Positions 1 through 11,679 of a DNA stretch of 64,000 bases are shown here, piece by piece; position 1 is the first letter of the stretch; the number at the start of each line of letters is the position of its first letter. The notes under the pieces were generated by a model, which saw nothing but the letters and a program-made list of their open reading frames with translations, had not been told where the DNA came from and ran no database searches. Both the position numbers and the translations under genes were made by a program. The stretch is from Mobula hypostoma (Eukaryota): positions 141,424,001-141,488,000 of the forward strand of contig NC_086097.1 in the NCBI RefSeq assembly GCF_963921235.1, read 5' to 3'.

Positions 1-578
1 GAACTTCCAGGAGTCTCCCGCATATTAATAGTGGCTCCCTGATGCCCGCAAATTATATACAATATCACGGAAATCAATTTTTTTTGAAAGCGAGAGAAAA
101 GCAAGCGAGAGCGAAGGCAAGCGAGCGCACGAGACAGACAGCGAGAGCGAGCTAGTGAGAAAGCGAGAGAGAGCGAGCGAGCAAGAAAGCAAGCCAGAGC
201 GCTTGATAGCGCGCGAGCGACCGAGAGAGCGCGAGCACGCCATTGCCGAGTGTTCCAAAAAAAAATAAAACGTACATCAACCCAGACTACACCAAAGTGT
301 ACCCCTGCCTAATAGGTGTCAAAATAATGACAGTGTTGCTCGCTGCACTGTTTGAAACAGTGACTTTTCTATTGCCCATGGTGGGTTAGACTGTAAAAGA
401 CGTGTTGAGGTGAGTTTAACAGGTGTCACTCATTCATTAGCATAGCTAACGTTATTTAAACTAGCTGGCTAGCTGCTAAGGAGCTACTGTATTGCAGACA
501 TCCCACCTCTCCCGGGAGTCTCCCGCAAATTGATGGTGCTACCTCCCTGAAATGAGCTTTTGCAGGGTGGGATGTCTG
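1..578. mobile_element. Non-autonomous DNA transposon, hAT-like, left end outside the window
   Basis: Ends in GGTGGGATGTCTG (566-578), with the reverse complement CAGACATCCCACC at 495-507. Subterminal motif GGAGTCTCCCGCA occurs at about 10 and about 515. Internal GA/GC-rich low-complexity tract at 90-240. Confidence 0.45.
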
Positions 579-671
579 GTTATGTAATCTAAATCCTGGA
601 ACTACCCACCCAGTAGTACTGTGAATATATATCTATATACACACAAACACATACATACATATACACACACA

Positions 672-1512
672 CAGTGGCATGCAAAAGTTTGGGCACCCCT
701 GGTCAAAATTTCTGTTACTGTGAATAGCTAAGTGAATAAAAGATGAACTGATTTACAAAAGGCATAAAGTTAAAGATGACACATTTCTTTAATATTTTAA
801 GCAAGAAAACTTTTTTTATTTCCATCTTTTGCAGTTTCAAAATAACAAAAAAGGAAAAGGGCCCAAATCAAAAGTATGGGCACCTTGCATGGCAGTACTT
901 AGTAACACCCCCTTTGGCAAGTATCGCAGCTTGTAAATGCTTTTTGTAGCCAGCTAAGAGTCTTTCAATTCTTGTTTGGGGGATTTTCGCCCATTCTTCC
1001 TTGCAAAAGCCTTCTAGTTCTGTGAGATTCTTGGGCCGTCTTGCATGCACTGCTCTTTTGAGGTCTATCCACAGATTCTCAATGATGTTTAGGATGGGGG
1101 ACTGTGAGGGCCATGGCAAAACCTTCAGCTTGCGCCTCTTGAGGTAATTCATTGTGGATTTTGAGGTGTGTTCAGGTTCATTATCCTGTTGTAGAAGCCA
1201 TCCTCTTTTCATCTTCGGCTTTGTTCACAGACGGTGTGCTGTTTGCTTCCAGAATTTGCTGGTATTTAATTGAATTCATTCTTCCTTCTACCAGCAAATG
1301 TTCCCCGTGCCACTGGCTGCAACACAAGCCCAAAGCATGATCGATCCAACCCCATACCTAACAGTTTGAGAGGGGTTCTTTTCATGAAATTCTGCATCAT
1401 TTTGTCTCCAAACGTACCTTTGCTCATTGCGGCCAAAAAGTCCCATTTTACCTTCATCGGTCCACAGGACTTGTTTCCAAAATGCATCAGGGTTGTTTAG
1501 ATGTTCCTTTGA
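672..1512 (-). mobile_element. Tc1/mariner (DD34E, IR/DR type) transposon, 3' half, frameshifted
   Basis: TIR starts CAGTGGCATGCAAAAGTTTGGGCACCC at 672, with inner direct repeat CAAAAGTATGGGCACC at 869-884. Minus-strand ORF pieces FWKQVLWTDE...GSIMLWAC and QQDNEPEHTS...WPSQSPILNIIENLW, with 34 residues between D and E. Confidence 0.92.
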
Positions 1513-1880
1513 AATAGAACTGTATTGTTCAACTGTATTCATGTATTGTTCGATGATAGATTGGAAAATGGAAAAGGTGAGGAAGCAGGGCATTGCAGAC
1601 AGTTAATATTCATTAGAAAGTACTACAAATTATCAAGAACTTATAGCAGGGTATCTAGAAGAATTCAAGTTAATCAGGCAACTCATTTTGTGAAGGGAAA
1701 ACTTATGCTTGACCAATTTAATGGAGTTCTTTGAAGAAATAATATGCTGTTGATAAAATCAGACAAGTGATACAGTTTTCGGTAAGATATTTGATATAGC
1801 GCCAGATGAAAAGCTATTGCAGAAAAGAAAAAATGACAGAATTTGTTTCCTGCAAAAGGGATCAAATACAAAAAAAAAGT

Positions 1881-2455
1881 AAACACGAGGAAATCTGCAG
1901 ATGCTGGAATTTCAAGCAACACACAAAAAAATTGCTGGTGAACACAGCAGGCCAGGCAGCATCTCTAGGAAGAGGTACAGTCGATGTTTCAGGCCGAGAC
2001 CCTTCGTCAGGAGTAACTGAAAGAAGAGCTAGTAAGAGATTTGAAAGTGGGAGGGGGAGGGGGAGATCCAAAATAATAGGAGAAGGCAGGAGGGGGAGAG
2101 ATGGAGCCAAGAGCTGGACAGTTGATTGGCAAAAGGGATATATCCCTGCCCCTCTCACTATACCCCTTGCCCATCCTCTGAGCTTTTTTCCCCCTCCCCC
2201 TTTTCTTTCTCCCTAGGCCTCCTGTCCCATGATCCTCTCATATCCCTTTTGCCAATCAACTGTCCAGCTCTCGGCTCCATCCCTCCCCCTCCTGTCTTCT
2301 CCTATCATTTCGATCTCCCCCTCCCACTTTCAAATCTCTTACTAGCTCTTCTTTCAGTTAGTCCTGACGAAGAGTCTCGGCCCAAAACGTCGACTGTACC
2401 TCTTCCTAGAGATGCTGCCTGGCCTGCTGTGTTCACCAGCAACTTTTATGTGTGT
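1881..2455. mobile_element. Penelope-like element terminal repeat inserted as a fold-back (inverted) unit
   Basis: Arms about 1917-2141 and 2239-2455 are reverse complements. Flanked by 14-bp direct repeat TACAAAAAAAAAGT (1867-1880, 2456-2469). The same terminal sequence follows the GIY-YIG fragment at 20.2-21.1 kb. Confidence 0.8.
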
Positions 2456-3259
2456 TACAAAAAAAAAGTCATGCTTCTCATGTTTGGCCTGTGTGAGAAT
2501 GTATCTGAAATACTGTGTGCAGTACTGGTCTCTTAATTTAATACATTAAAAACAACTCAAAAGCTTTACTCATCTAAACCCTGAACTACGTGGAAGGAAA
2601 TAACAAAGCATAATGCACAGGATGCGGAAAACATTGTCAAAGTTTAAACAAATCATTAAGTTAGAATTAAAGGGTCAGAGAGATCTTGGAAGGTTATAAG
2701 ACCTGAGAAGGAAAGTTTAGAGGAGAGGGAACTTTTAAATGAGGTGTTGCTTAACTTGTAGCCAGTTTGGTGAACAAAACCTACCACCCAGCAGTATAAC
2801 CTCATTTTTGAAGAGGAGCAAGCAAATCACACTAAAAATGTGTATGAATAATTGCCTGAACATATCGGTCACGTGGGCAAGAGCATCGACACTGGATAAG
2901 ATGAGAAAGGGATGGAAATACGTAGTCCAAGCAATAAACCCAATATGTGGTCCAAACCCACCTGCGTCAAATACCATGGTCGTGGACAGTCTGGTTCAAG
3001 TTCTGGCAGTTACCACAGCTAGATTTTTTTTGTTTAAAAGAATGTAATTTGTGATACAGACTGGTTTATAGATAACAGCTAATGTTCTAGAGGAGCAGTA
3101 CTGGTTTACAGCCCGATCATCAGAAACCGGCAGAAAAAGTGAAGATGCCGAGCATGCAGGTGAACTTCAGATAATCCTAGTACCAGGGGCCGGTGAAGTG
3201 ATAGATTTAACTCATGGCAATATGTTAGCACTTTAAGTCTACAAAGGGCAGAACGAGAT

Positions 3260-3620
3260 ATAAACAGGTTCGCCCCGCCCAGCACCCCCAGCACCCGAGA
3301 TAAGCTCCCAGACACAAATAGGGAAACGAGCGGCCCTAGAGAGGGTCCGTTCCATTCCGCCCAGCCCAGCTCAGCGACCAGACTCCCAGCATCAGAACGA
3401 TCTGCTCTCGGGCTCCTTCAGTGCACTATCACTGAGCCTCGGCCTATAGCCCACCACAGCCCGAGCCTGTCCTTACCTGAACGCCGGTGACGGAGGGTTG
3501 AACGCAGCGGAACTACTGCTCGGGGGAAGGGATTGCAGACGAACCGAGAGGATCACATGATTAACTCTGGTTCCGCCCGGAACTGATAGAGGGCGAGGGG
3601 GGTAGAATTTAAGAGCCGTG
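3260..3620 (-). promoter_or_regulatory. CpG-rich promoter and probable non-coding first exon of a minus-strand gene (donor at 3477)
   Basis: Local CpG enrichment about 3260-3600. Near-consensus donor CAG|GTAAGG (minus strand, exon ends 3477), TCACATGA M-box at 3553-3560 and TTCCGCCCGGAA (ETS/GC) at 3571-3582. No coding exon of this gene is recognisable in the window. Confidence 0.55.
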
Positions 3621-3859
3621 TGGCAATGGGGCTGGGAATAAAAATGTGGTCGTGAGTATGTTGTTGCGTGGAACTTCATCGAATGCCTCGCAAGAATATT
3701 TCACCAACCTGCCCTCATCAGTCCAGATGAATAGCTGTTCAAATAACTCAGTCAAATTCATCAGACACATTTCCCATTCACAAAGCTGAGTTTACTAATC
3801 TTACTTGGTTATCATGGACGAACTCGGTCGAATGATGGATTGGCTAGTGATGGGGCGAA

Positions 3860-4170
3860 TGAAGGAGGGAGTTGAATAGAGAGGAAGGTAGGAGTGGGAG
3901 GGGGTGACACGGAGAGGGAAAAGGTATGGAAAGGGGAGAAGTGAAAAGGGATGGAGGCAAGAAGTGGAAGGAAGTGAGAGGGTGAAGGTGGGTGGGAGGG
4001 AGTAGAAAGTGGGAGGATGGGGAAGAAGAGGGAGAAAGGCAGGTGGAAATACAGTAGAGAAATGATTGAAGAGAGTAGGGTAAAAGGAAGGATGGGGATT
4101 GCTGGAAAGGTGACAGGAGTTTGTTGGAGAAAAGGTAGAGGGAAGGGCAGAGTAGAACGGAAAAGGAGCA
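3860..4170 (+). repeat. Polypurine (GA-rich) low-complexity tract
   Basis: Almost exclusively G/A over about 300 bp. Confidence 0.7.
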
Positions 4171-5589
4171 CTTGGCCTGTAGCCTATGTGCTTTGTCAAT
4201 TCAAGTACATACCCAGTTGCTTTTTAATGTTTTTAGAGTATTTGCCTCCACCGTCATCTTGAGTCCAATTCCAGATTACAATCAACCTCTAGGTGAAAAA
4301 CACCTGAATCATTTTATGATAGGAACCATTTTTCACAAAATTCAACCAGCACAGCTGATGTTTTCTCACTGTCGGAAATGTATTCAACAAAGTAAATCTC
4401 AACACAGTTTCATTTTTATTGCTGCAAATTCAAGCTCTCAGCTGTAGCAAACCACCATTGTTTGATGGCCTCACAAAAATATGGGTCTGCAAGTCTGGAG
4501 TTGGCAATTAAGAGACAAGTCAATAATGGGAACCTTATGCAGCTATCTTCAAACTAACTGGGAGACTCATTCCACACCAACTCAAGTGCTCAGAGAAAGT
4601 TCCGGCTATGTATGCAGTTGATCTAAAAGAAAAATCACTTGATTCTTTTTACTACAGACACTTCCATTATAAATCACGTGGCAGTTTTTAGCTCCATAAA
4701 TGCTGCCTGACCTGTTGAGCTCCTCCAGCATTTTGTGTGTGTTGCTCTGGATTTCCAGCATCTGCAGAAGCTCTTGTGTCCATCATCATATCAGTGATGA
4801 TCGTCTTTGGTTTTTTTTGGTGGTACTTCAGTCCTCAAGTTGGAGGCAACAAAAACAAAGACACTTTAGAGGCACAGGCACTTGAAAATGTCCAATCACT
4901 CTCTGATGTCTTTCACACAAGTGATCTCAGTTGTTGGTGGAGTTGAACTCTCCTACTGTTACAAACCTATTGAGTTGTAAGAGACCCCACATTCTGTGTA
5001 CTTTCCTGTAATGTGTCTACATTTCTGCTGCTGACCATTGGGAGTCCTATAAAATGATCATTCCTTTTTTGATTCTAAGTTCCAGCCGCAGGACCTCATT
5101 TGAAAAGCAGTATGTAATATCTTCTGTCATTTCTACAGAGGGAGACTCCTTAGTCAATATTGTAATGCCACTTATTCTTTTGCATCTCTACCCTCCCTGC
5201 CCATCACACCTGAACATTTTACAGCCTGAATCGAGTTGTCACTCCCACCTTTTCAGCCACATCTCTGTGTTGGCAACAATGTATTCCAATCATGCTTTAA
5301 GGTGATCAATGCTTCCGGTTGATCTGTCTTACCAATCAGAGTCCTTGCACTAAAATAAATTCAATTTAGCTTAGCGTTCCTCCCTTCTGCAATATCACAT
5401 ACATTTCTGCTTCGCCTATTGGACTAAAATTGCATTTATCCTATATTTAACCGCAACTCATCCCAACTCCCACCCGTCCCACAACTGTACATCTCCAAAA
5501 AGATGTCATAAAGGAATGAGGTGTATGTAAAGTAGTTTTTCCTTGGTGAGTCATATTACAGAGAATCCCATGGCATTTTATACAAGAGG

Positions 5590-7480
5590 GTTGCTAGGGT
5601 GAGGATAGGATAGGACCAATCAAGAGCAAAGGAGTGAAATTACACCCGAAGCCTGAGGAAGTAGGTGAGGTACTAACCTGGTATTTGCATCAGAGTTCAC
5701 CAGCGAGGACAGTGAGATCTGGGGAGGTCTGCTGATATTCTTGGGGATGTTGATATGAAGGAGGAGGAGTTGCTGGCTTCCTTGAAGAACATTAGTATGA
5801 ATATCCCCACATCTAGATGGGCTGTCTCCCTGATTATGGAGAGAAACACAAGAGGAAATTGCCAGGGTCCTGACAGAGATCTTTCTATCTTCTTAAGCCA
5901 AAGGTGATGTCCCAGAAGACTAGTGAATAGTCAGTGCTGTTCTTCTGTTTAAGAAGGGGAATATAGACAAACCGGGAAATTATTACTTATTCTGTAAGCC
6001 TGTGAGCCTTATATCAGTGGTAGGGAACTTACTGGAGATGATTCTTAGGGAGAGGATGTACTTGTGTCAGAAAAAGCATACACTCATGTGGGATAGTTGA
6101 CAGGCCTTTGTGTAGAGGAGGTCATGATTTACAAAAGGTGAAGATTATTACTGATGAGAGGAGGGAAATATACTGTAAGTTGTCTACATAGATTTTAGCA
6201 AAGTTTTCAACAATCTTTTTGATAGCATGTGGTCCAAAACATCAAGGCACATGGGAACTATGGATTGGTAAAATGACCAAGATTCAATAATTCAGAAACA
6301 GCTTCTTCCCCTCCTCCATTAGGTCTCTCGATGGTCCATCAAAATTACCTTGTTATGACTTTCTGTTGCACTATTTATGTTTTCATTTATAATAATTTTT
6401 TAAATGTCTTTTCTCCATACTACTGTTGCAAAACAATAAATTTCACATCATATAAGTCAGTGATTACGGATTCTGATTGGATTCAAAATTGGCTTGGCCA
6501 CAGAAGACGGAGGGTAGTGGTAGAGAGTGTTGTTCTGAATGGAGATATTAGTAAGTTTGCAGACGGCACAAAAAGTGGGGGAGATGTGGATAGTGAGGAA
6601 GGTTGTCAAAGGATTCAGCGGGATTTAGAAAAGCTGGAAATAAGGGCACCGAAATGGCAGATAAAATTTAATCTGGACAAGTATGAGTTGTTGCACATGG
6701 GAAGGTCAAATGTCAGAGGAAAGTGTACCATAAATGACTGGACCCATAGGGGCACTGATGTACAAAGGGATCTTGGGTTGTAAGTACTTACTTCCTGAAC
6801 ATGCAGCACAAGTGGATATGTTAATAAACAGTATGCTTGCCTTCGTCTATCAGGGTGTTCAGTCCAACAGTTGCGAAGATAGGCTGCAGATATATAAAAC
6901 TTTACTTGGACCACATTTGGAATATCGTATGCAGTTTTGGTCACCACGTTATAGGAAGGATGTGGAAGCTCCCCTGAAGGTACAGAAGAACATATCATGG
7001 AAAAGCTCTCTGGATAAGAGAGTATTAGCTATAAGGAAAGGTCCGACAAACTTGGATTGCTTTCTCTGGAGTGTCACATACTGAGAGGAGACCAAAACTG
7101 TACAAGATCATGGGAAGCACAGATAGGGTAGGTAGTCAGAGTCTTTATGCCTAGGGAGGAAATGTCAAATATTAGAGGGCATACTGTAGCTTTAAGGTGA
7201 GAAGGGGAAGTTTAAAGGAGATGTGTGGGGCAAGTTTTTTTTACACAGACAATGGTAAGTACCTGGTATGCCTGTTAGGAGAAGTGATCTTATCAGATAC
7301 AATAGTAACATTTAAGAGACATTTAGATGGACCACATGAACAGACAGGGAATGGAGGGATACCTACCATGTGCAGGCAAACGTGCAGTTCAAATTGGCAT
7401 CATGGTCAGCACAGACCATGGTGTGAGGAATGTTTAAAAGCAATTTACCATTGTATTGTTCTGTGTTCTAAGGATGTTGC
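5590..7480 (+). mobile_element. Decayed CR1 LINE (ORF2 3' part and tail), interrupted by a short Rex1-type 3' end at about 6288-6479
   Basis: ORF fragments ISKFADGTK...KWQIKFNLDKYELLHMGRSN and GPHLEYRMQFWSPRYRKD. The insert is flanked by GATTCAA direct repeats. Confidence 0.85.
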
Positions 7481-7539
7481 AGCCATTCGGTTTTTACAGG
7501 GCCTGAGATCAAGTAGCTCTCTGCATGAGGGAAGATAAT

Positions 7540-8090
7540 TCAGAATCAGAATCAGATTTATTATCATTGACTTATTTGAAATTTGTTGTTTTGCAACAGC
7601 AGTAGTGTGCAGACGTATAAAATTACCATCAATTACAAAAATAATAAACTACAAAAAAAGTAGTGTTCATGAGCTCATGGACTGTTCAGGCAACTCATGA
7701 CAGTGGGGAAGAAGCTGTTCCTGGTTGGGTCTTCAGGCCCCTGAACCTCCTCCCTGAAGGTAATAATGAGAAGGGAGCATGTCCTGGAGAGTAAGGATCA
7801 TTAGTGATGAATGCTGGCTTCTAGAGTTGTGCCCCGTGAAGATGTCCTCAGGGGTGGGACATAATGGAACTGGCTAAGTCTGCACCACTCTGCAGGTTCT
7901 TGTGGTCCTGTGCATTTAGGCTCCATACCAGGCTATGATACACCAGTTGGAATGTTCTCCACCTTACGTCTATAAAAATTTGCAAGAGTCTTTGCTGACA
8001 TACTAAATCTTCTCAAACTCCGAACAAACTAAAGTTGTTGGGAAGCCTTCTTTGTGTGGGACCGAGGGTAGATCGTTCAAGATGTGTTAG
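7540..8090 (-). mobile_element. Rex1/Babar-type LINE 3' fragment
   Basis: (TCAGAA)n tail at the left end and homology to the Rex1-type copies at 12.5-12.95 kb and 27.1-27.6 kb. Confidence 0.65.
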
Positions 8091-8674
8091 CACTGATTGC
8101 TGTGGGAAAGCTCATTTAACCACTTGCAAACACCAACCATCTAGCCTACAGGGTATAATTCCCATCTCTGTTGAGATGCAACGCATCTTTGGTTCGCAGG
8201 GCTATAAAGCTTAGAAACACCCCGTGACGCACCCTATTCATGCTACCATGATGTCTATGTCAGCTAATCTCATTTGCCTGAATTTAGCCCATATCTCTCA
8301 AAACCCTTCCAGTCCATGTACCTGTCCCAATATTGTAATTGTACCTGCCTCGCCCACTTCCTCTGGCAGCACAGGCTATGTACCCACCACCCTCTACGTG
8401 AAAAACCTGCCTCATAGACCCCCTTTGAAACTTTACCTCAGACTTTCCTAGCCAAAAGTCTGTGATTCTTTACACCATCTACGCCCCTCATAGAGGCAGG
8501 GTCAGCTGTGTCCTGATGCAGGATCACTACCCGAGACTTTGAAAATTCCTTTTCCTCTGGAGATGCTACTCAACCCATTGATTTCCATCAGCAAATTGTT
8601 TTATATCCCTCATTATTTAGTAAACCTTTATTAGCACCACCCCCCGCCCCACCTCAGCCTCCTTCACTCCAGGG

Positions 8675-8940
8675 TAACGGCATAATAGCATCGTGGTTAG
8701 TGCCGGGAGTTCAAAGTTCAATCCCAGTGTCCTCTGTAAGGAGTCTCTACATCCTCCTTGTGGAAAGCGTGCATTTTCCCTGGATGCTCTGGTTTCTTCC
8801 CACAGTTGAAAGACGTACCGGGTACGTTAATTGGTCATTGTAAATTGTCCCGTGATTAGGTCAGGGTTAAATCGCGGTGGCTGGGGTGGTGCTACTTAAA
8901 GGGTCAGAAAGGCCTACTCTGCCCTGTGTTGCTAAATAAA
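8675..8940 (+). mobile_element. tRNA-derived V-SINE (HE1-like)
   Basis: B-box-like GTTCAATCCC, V-domain-like TGCTCTGGTTTCTTCCCACA and a TAAATAAA tail. A second copy lies at 29.1-29.35 kb. Confidence 0.65.
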
Positions 8941-8944
8941 CATA

Positions 8945-10750
8945 GAGCTAGATAGTCCCAGCCTATTGAGTCTCACCTTAGTATAATTCAAACCCTCTAG
9001 TCCGGACAACATCCTCGTGAATCTCCTCTCAACCCAGTATAGCACATATTCTACCAATAGTTTGGCAGCTAGAACAGCGTGCAACACTCCAAATGTGGTC
9101 TTATACAGCTGTAACGACATTCCTTACCAACAAAGCCTTCACATGCACTTTCTTCACCAACTGTCTACCTATTTTATTCTGAACTGCATATTCCTTCAAG
9201 AACGTAGTCTATTCCTATTCTCCAATTAGCAACTGTCCCCAGGGCCTGGGCATGGAGGGCATGTTTCCAATGTCAGAAAATCTAGGACCAGCCCGCACAG
9301 CCTCAGAATGGAAGGATGTCCCTTTCGAACAGAGATGAGGAGGAATTTCATTAGCCAGATGGTGGTGAATCAGTGGGATTCATTTCCACAAAAGGGTGTG
9401 AAGGCCAAGTCATTGGGTATATTTAAATTGGAGGTTGATGGCTTCTTGATTAGTAAGACCATAAAAGTTCATGCAGAGAAAACAGGGGAATGAGTTTGAG
9501 AGGGAAAATAAATCAAACATGATCAAATGTTAAAGAAGACTCAATGGGTCGAAAGACTTACCTCTGCTACTACATCTTATGGTCTTCTGCCCTTGCCATT
9601 CACTTAGTTTATCTTCCCCTGGTTTAACTTCTCAAAATCTATCAATTAGAACATGCCTGAGTTAAATTACATCCTTTGTCTACTTTCCTAGTTGACAATA
9701 GACAAACTTCTCTTTACCCTCAATTTTGGAGTCATCAGTGCCATTTACAGCAGAGCTTCACACAATGTTGCCTGAAATGAGTTATAAGGAGATATTGGAT
9801 AGCCTGGGATTGTTCTCACCATATCAAAGAAGGCTGAGGAGTGACTCATGAGAGGCATAGATAGGATAGGTAGTTACTGTCTGTCATGGCGGGGGGTCTA
9901 AATCTAGAGGTCACAGCTGAGAGGGTGGAAAGTTAAAGGAGATCTGGGGAGCAAGATTTTCACACATGGTGGTTATACTGGATGAGCTACCATAGGTGAC
10001 GGTGCAGGAAGATACAAGTTCAATGTCTCAGTAGCATTTGGACAGGTACTTAGGAAAGAAGTAGGGTGCTATGGGACTATTGCAGGCAAATGGGATGAGC
10101 ATAGAAAGACATCATGATTGGCAAGGCTGAAAAGTCTGTTTCTGTGCTGTGTAACTCTATGTCAGTGCCTCCTTGTCCCTGACACTTACCAAGGTGATTT
10201 TCACATTTCAGATTTCCAGTATCTGCAGTTTTTGTGCTCATTTACAAGGAAATATGGCAAGCATCTCAGAGAAAATAATTTGTATGACTCTTTCAATGTA
10301 CTTGTAAACTAGCTGCTTTTGTATTATTTACCACCAGAGGGCCACGGGGACTTCAGATTCTCTGGTGATAGAACCGGACTTCATAGTTGGTTTTGAGAAC
10401 ATTGAATATTGAACAGTACAGCACAGTGCAGGCTCTTCGGCCCTCTATATTGTGCTGACTTTTCAACCTACTTCATGATCAATCTAACCCTTTAATCGCA
10501 TGCTCCCTCCTACATAGCCCTCCATTTCCCTTTCATCATGTGCCTACGGTTCTCCTAAACACCCACAGTGTACCTGCCTCTACCAGCATACCCAGCAGTG
10601 CGGTCCATGTACTTACCGGTCCCTGTGTAAAAAGCCTACTCTGACATCCCTCCTATACTTTCCTCCAATCACCTTAAAAGTACGTCCTCTCCTATTAGCC
10701 ATTGCCGCCTGGTTAGAAGGCATCGGCTGTCCACTACGTCCACTATGCCT
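8945..10750. mobile_element. Cluster of decayed CR1 3' fragments in both orientations
   Basis: Fragments VERRFTRMLSGLEGLNY (minus) and PFRTEMRRNFISQMVVNQWDSFPQ (plus), plus CR1-type 3' tails. Confidence 0.65.
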
Positions 10751-11679
10751 TCTACCACCTTTATTTGTGGTGCCTTTTGTTTACAATTGTGTATGTCAAC
10801 ATTGAAAACATTTGTAACACAATTTGTAACGCTTTACATATTCAGGCATCTGAGACCATGTTATTCACAAACACCAGGAGGATTTATCAAAAACATCCCT
10901 TTTGCATCTGTTGTTTGTATGACAGACCTGCCAAATTAGGTGTTTCAACCAGATAGTTCTGTGTATTAAATGTAATGATTAAGGCACTCATTAGCAGGAA
11001 GGACCATTTCTATACCCGAGATTTTTATAGGATCCTCAAAGAATTATAGACTTACTGACTCTACAAACACTGTAAACTGACTTTAGTTACATTTTAATGA
11101 CAAGTCTGCATATGTTTGATCGCCCCTAGCTCTTCAGTAAAATCACTGGGCTATGTTCAGGCAACCAACTTGTCAGTTTGCAGGACCAATCCACAAGTCT
11201 GATAATATGAATATCATTATAAATGAACAGAAAACTCAATCTTTTCAGTTGCTTGGATTGGAAATACATTATATTTCCTCTCTACCTCACACACAAATAC
11301 CTTGGGAGGACATAATAGAAACAGGACTAGGTTTTAAATTCCTGACACCTGGTCTGACATTCATTAGGACCTTGGCTGTCTTTTATCATGGACATGTACT
11401 ATTTAACTCCTTGATGCTTTTTTGAATCTACAATTAAAGGGAGAGAAAACTAATTGTGCCAGAAAATTTGCACTGGGGATCACTGGTCACAAGAAACCTG
11501 CGCATGTTTCTCTCTGTGGAACTCTTGCTCCTATCTCATTATAATTACAGCATAGTAGTCGAAAGTAGAAAGTAGTAAGAGCTCATTGAAGAGCAAGTAG
11601 ATCCAACAAGTCAATACTAGAAGAAATACAGCCAGGGGGCTCACTAGGAGGCTTGATTATGGGACAAAAGCTTCCTAGC

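Noticed and set aside
3801..4262. Pro/Leu/Ser-rich and Gly/Arg-rich ORFs
   Set aside because: Artefacts of the polypurine/polypyrimidine tract.
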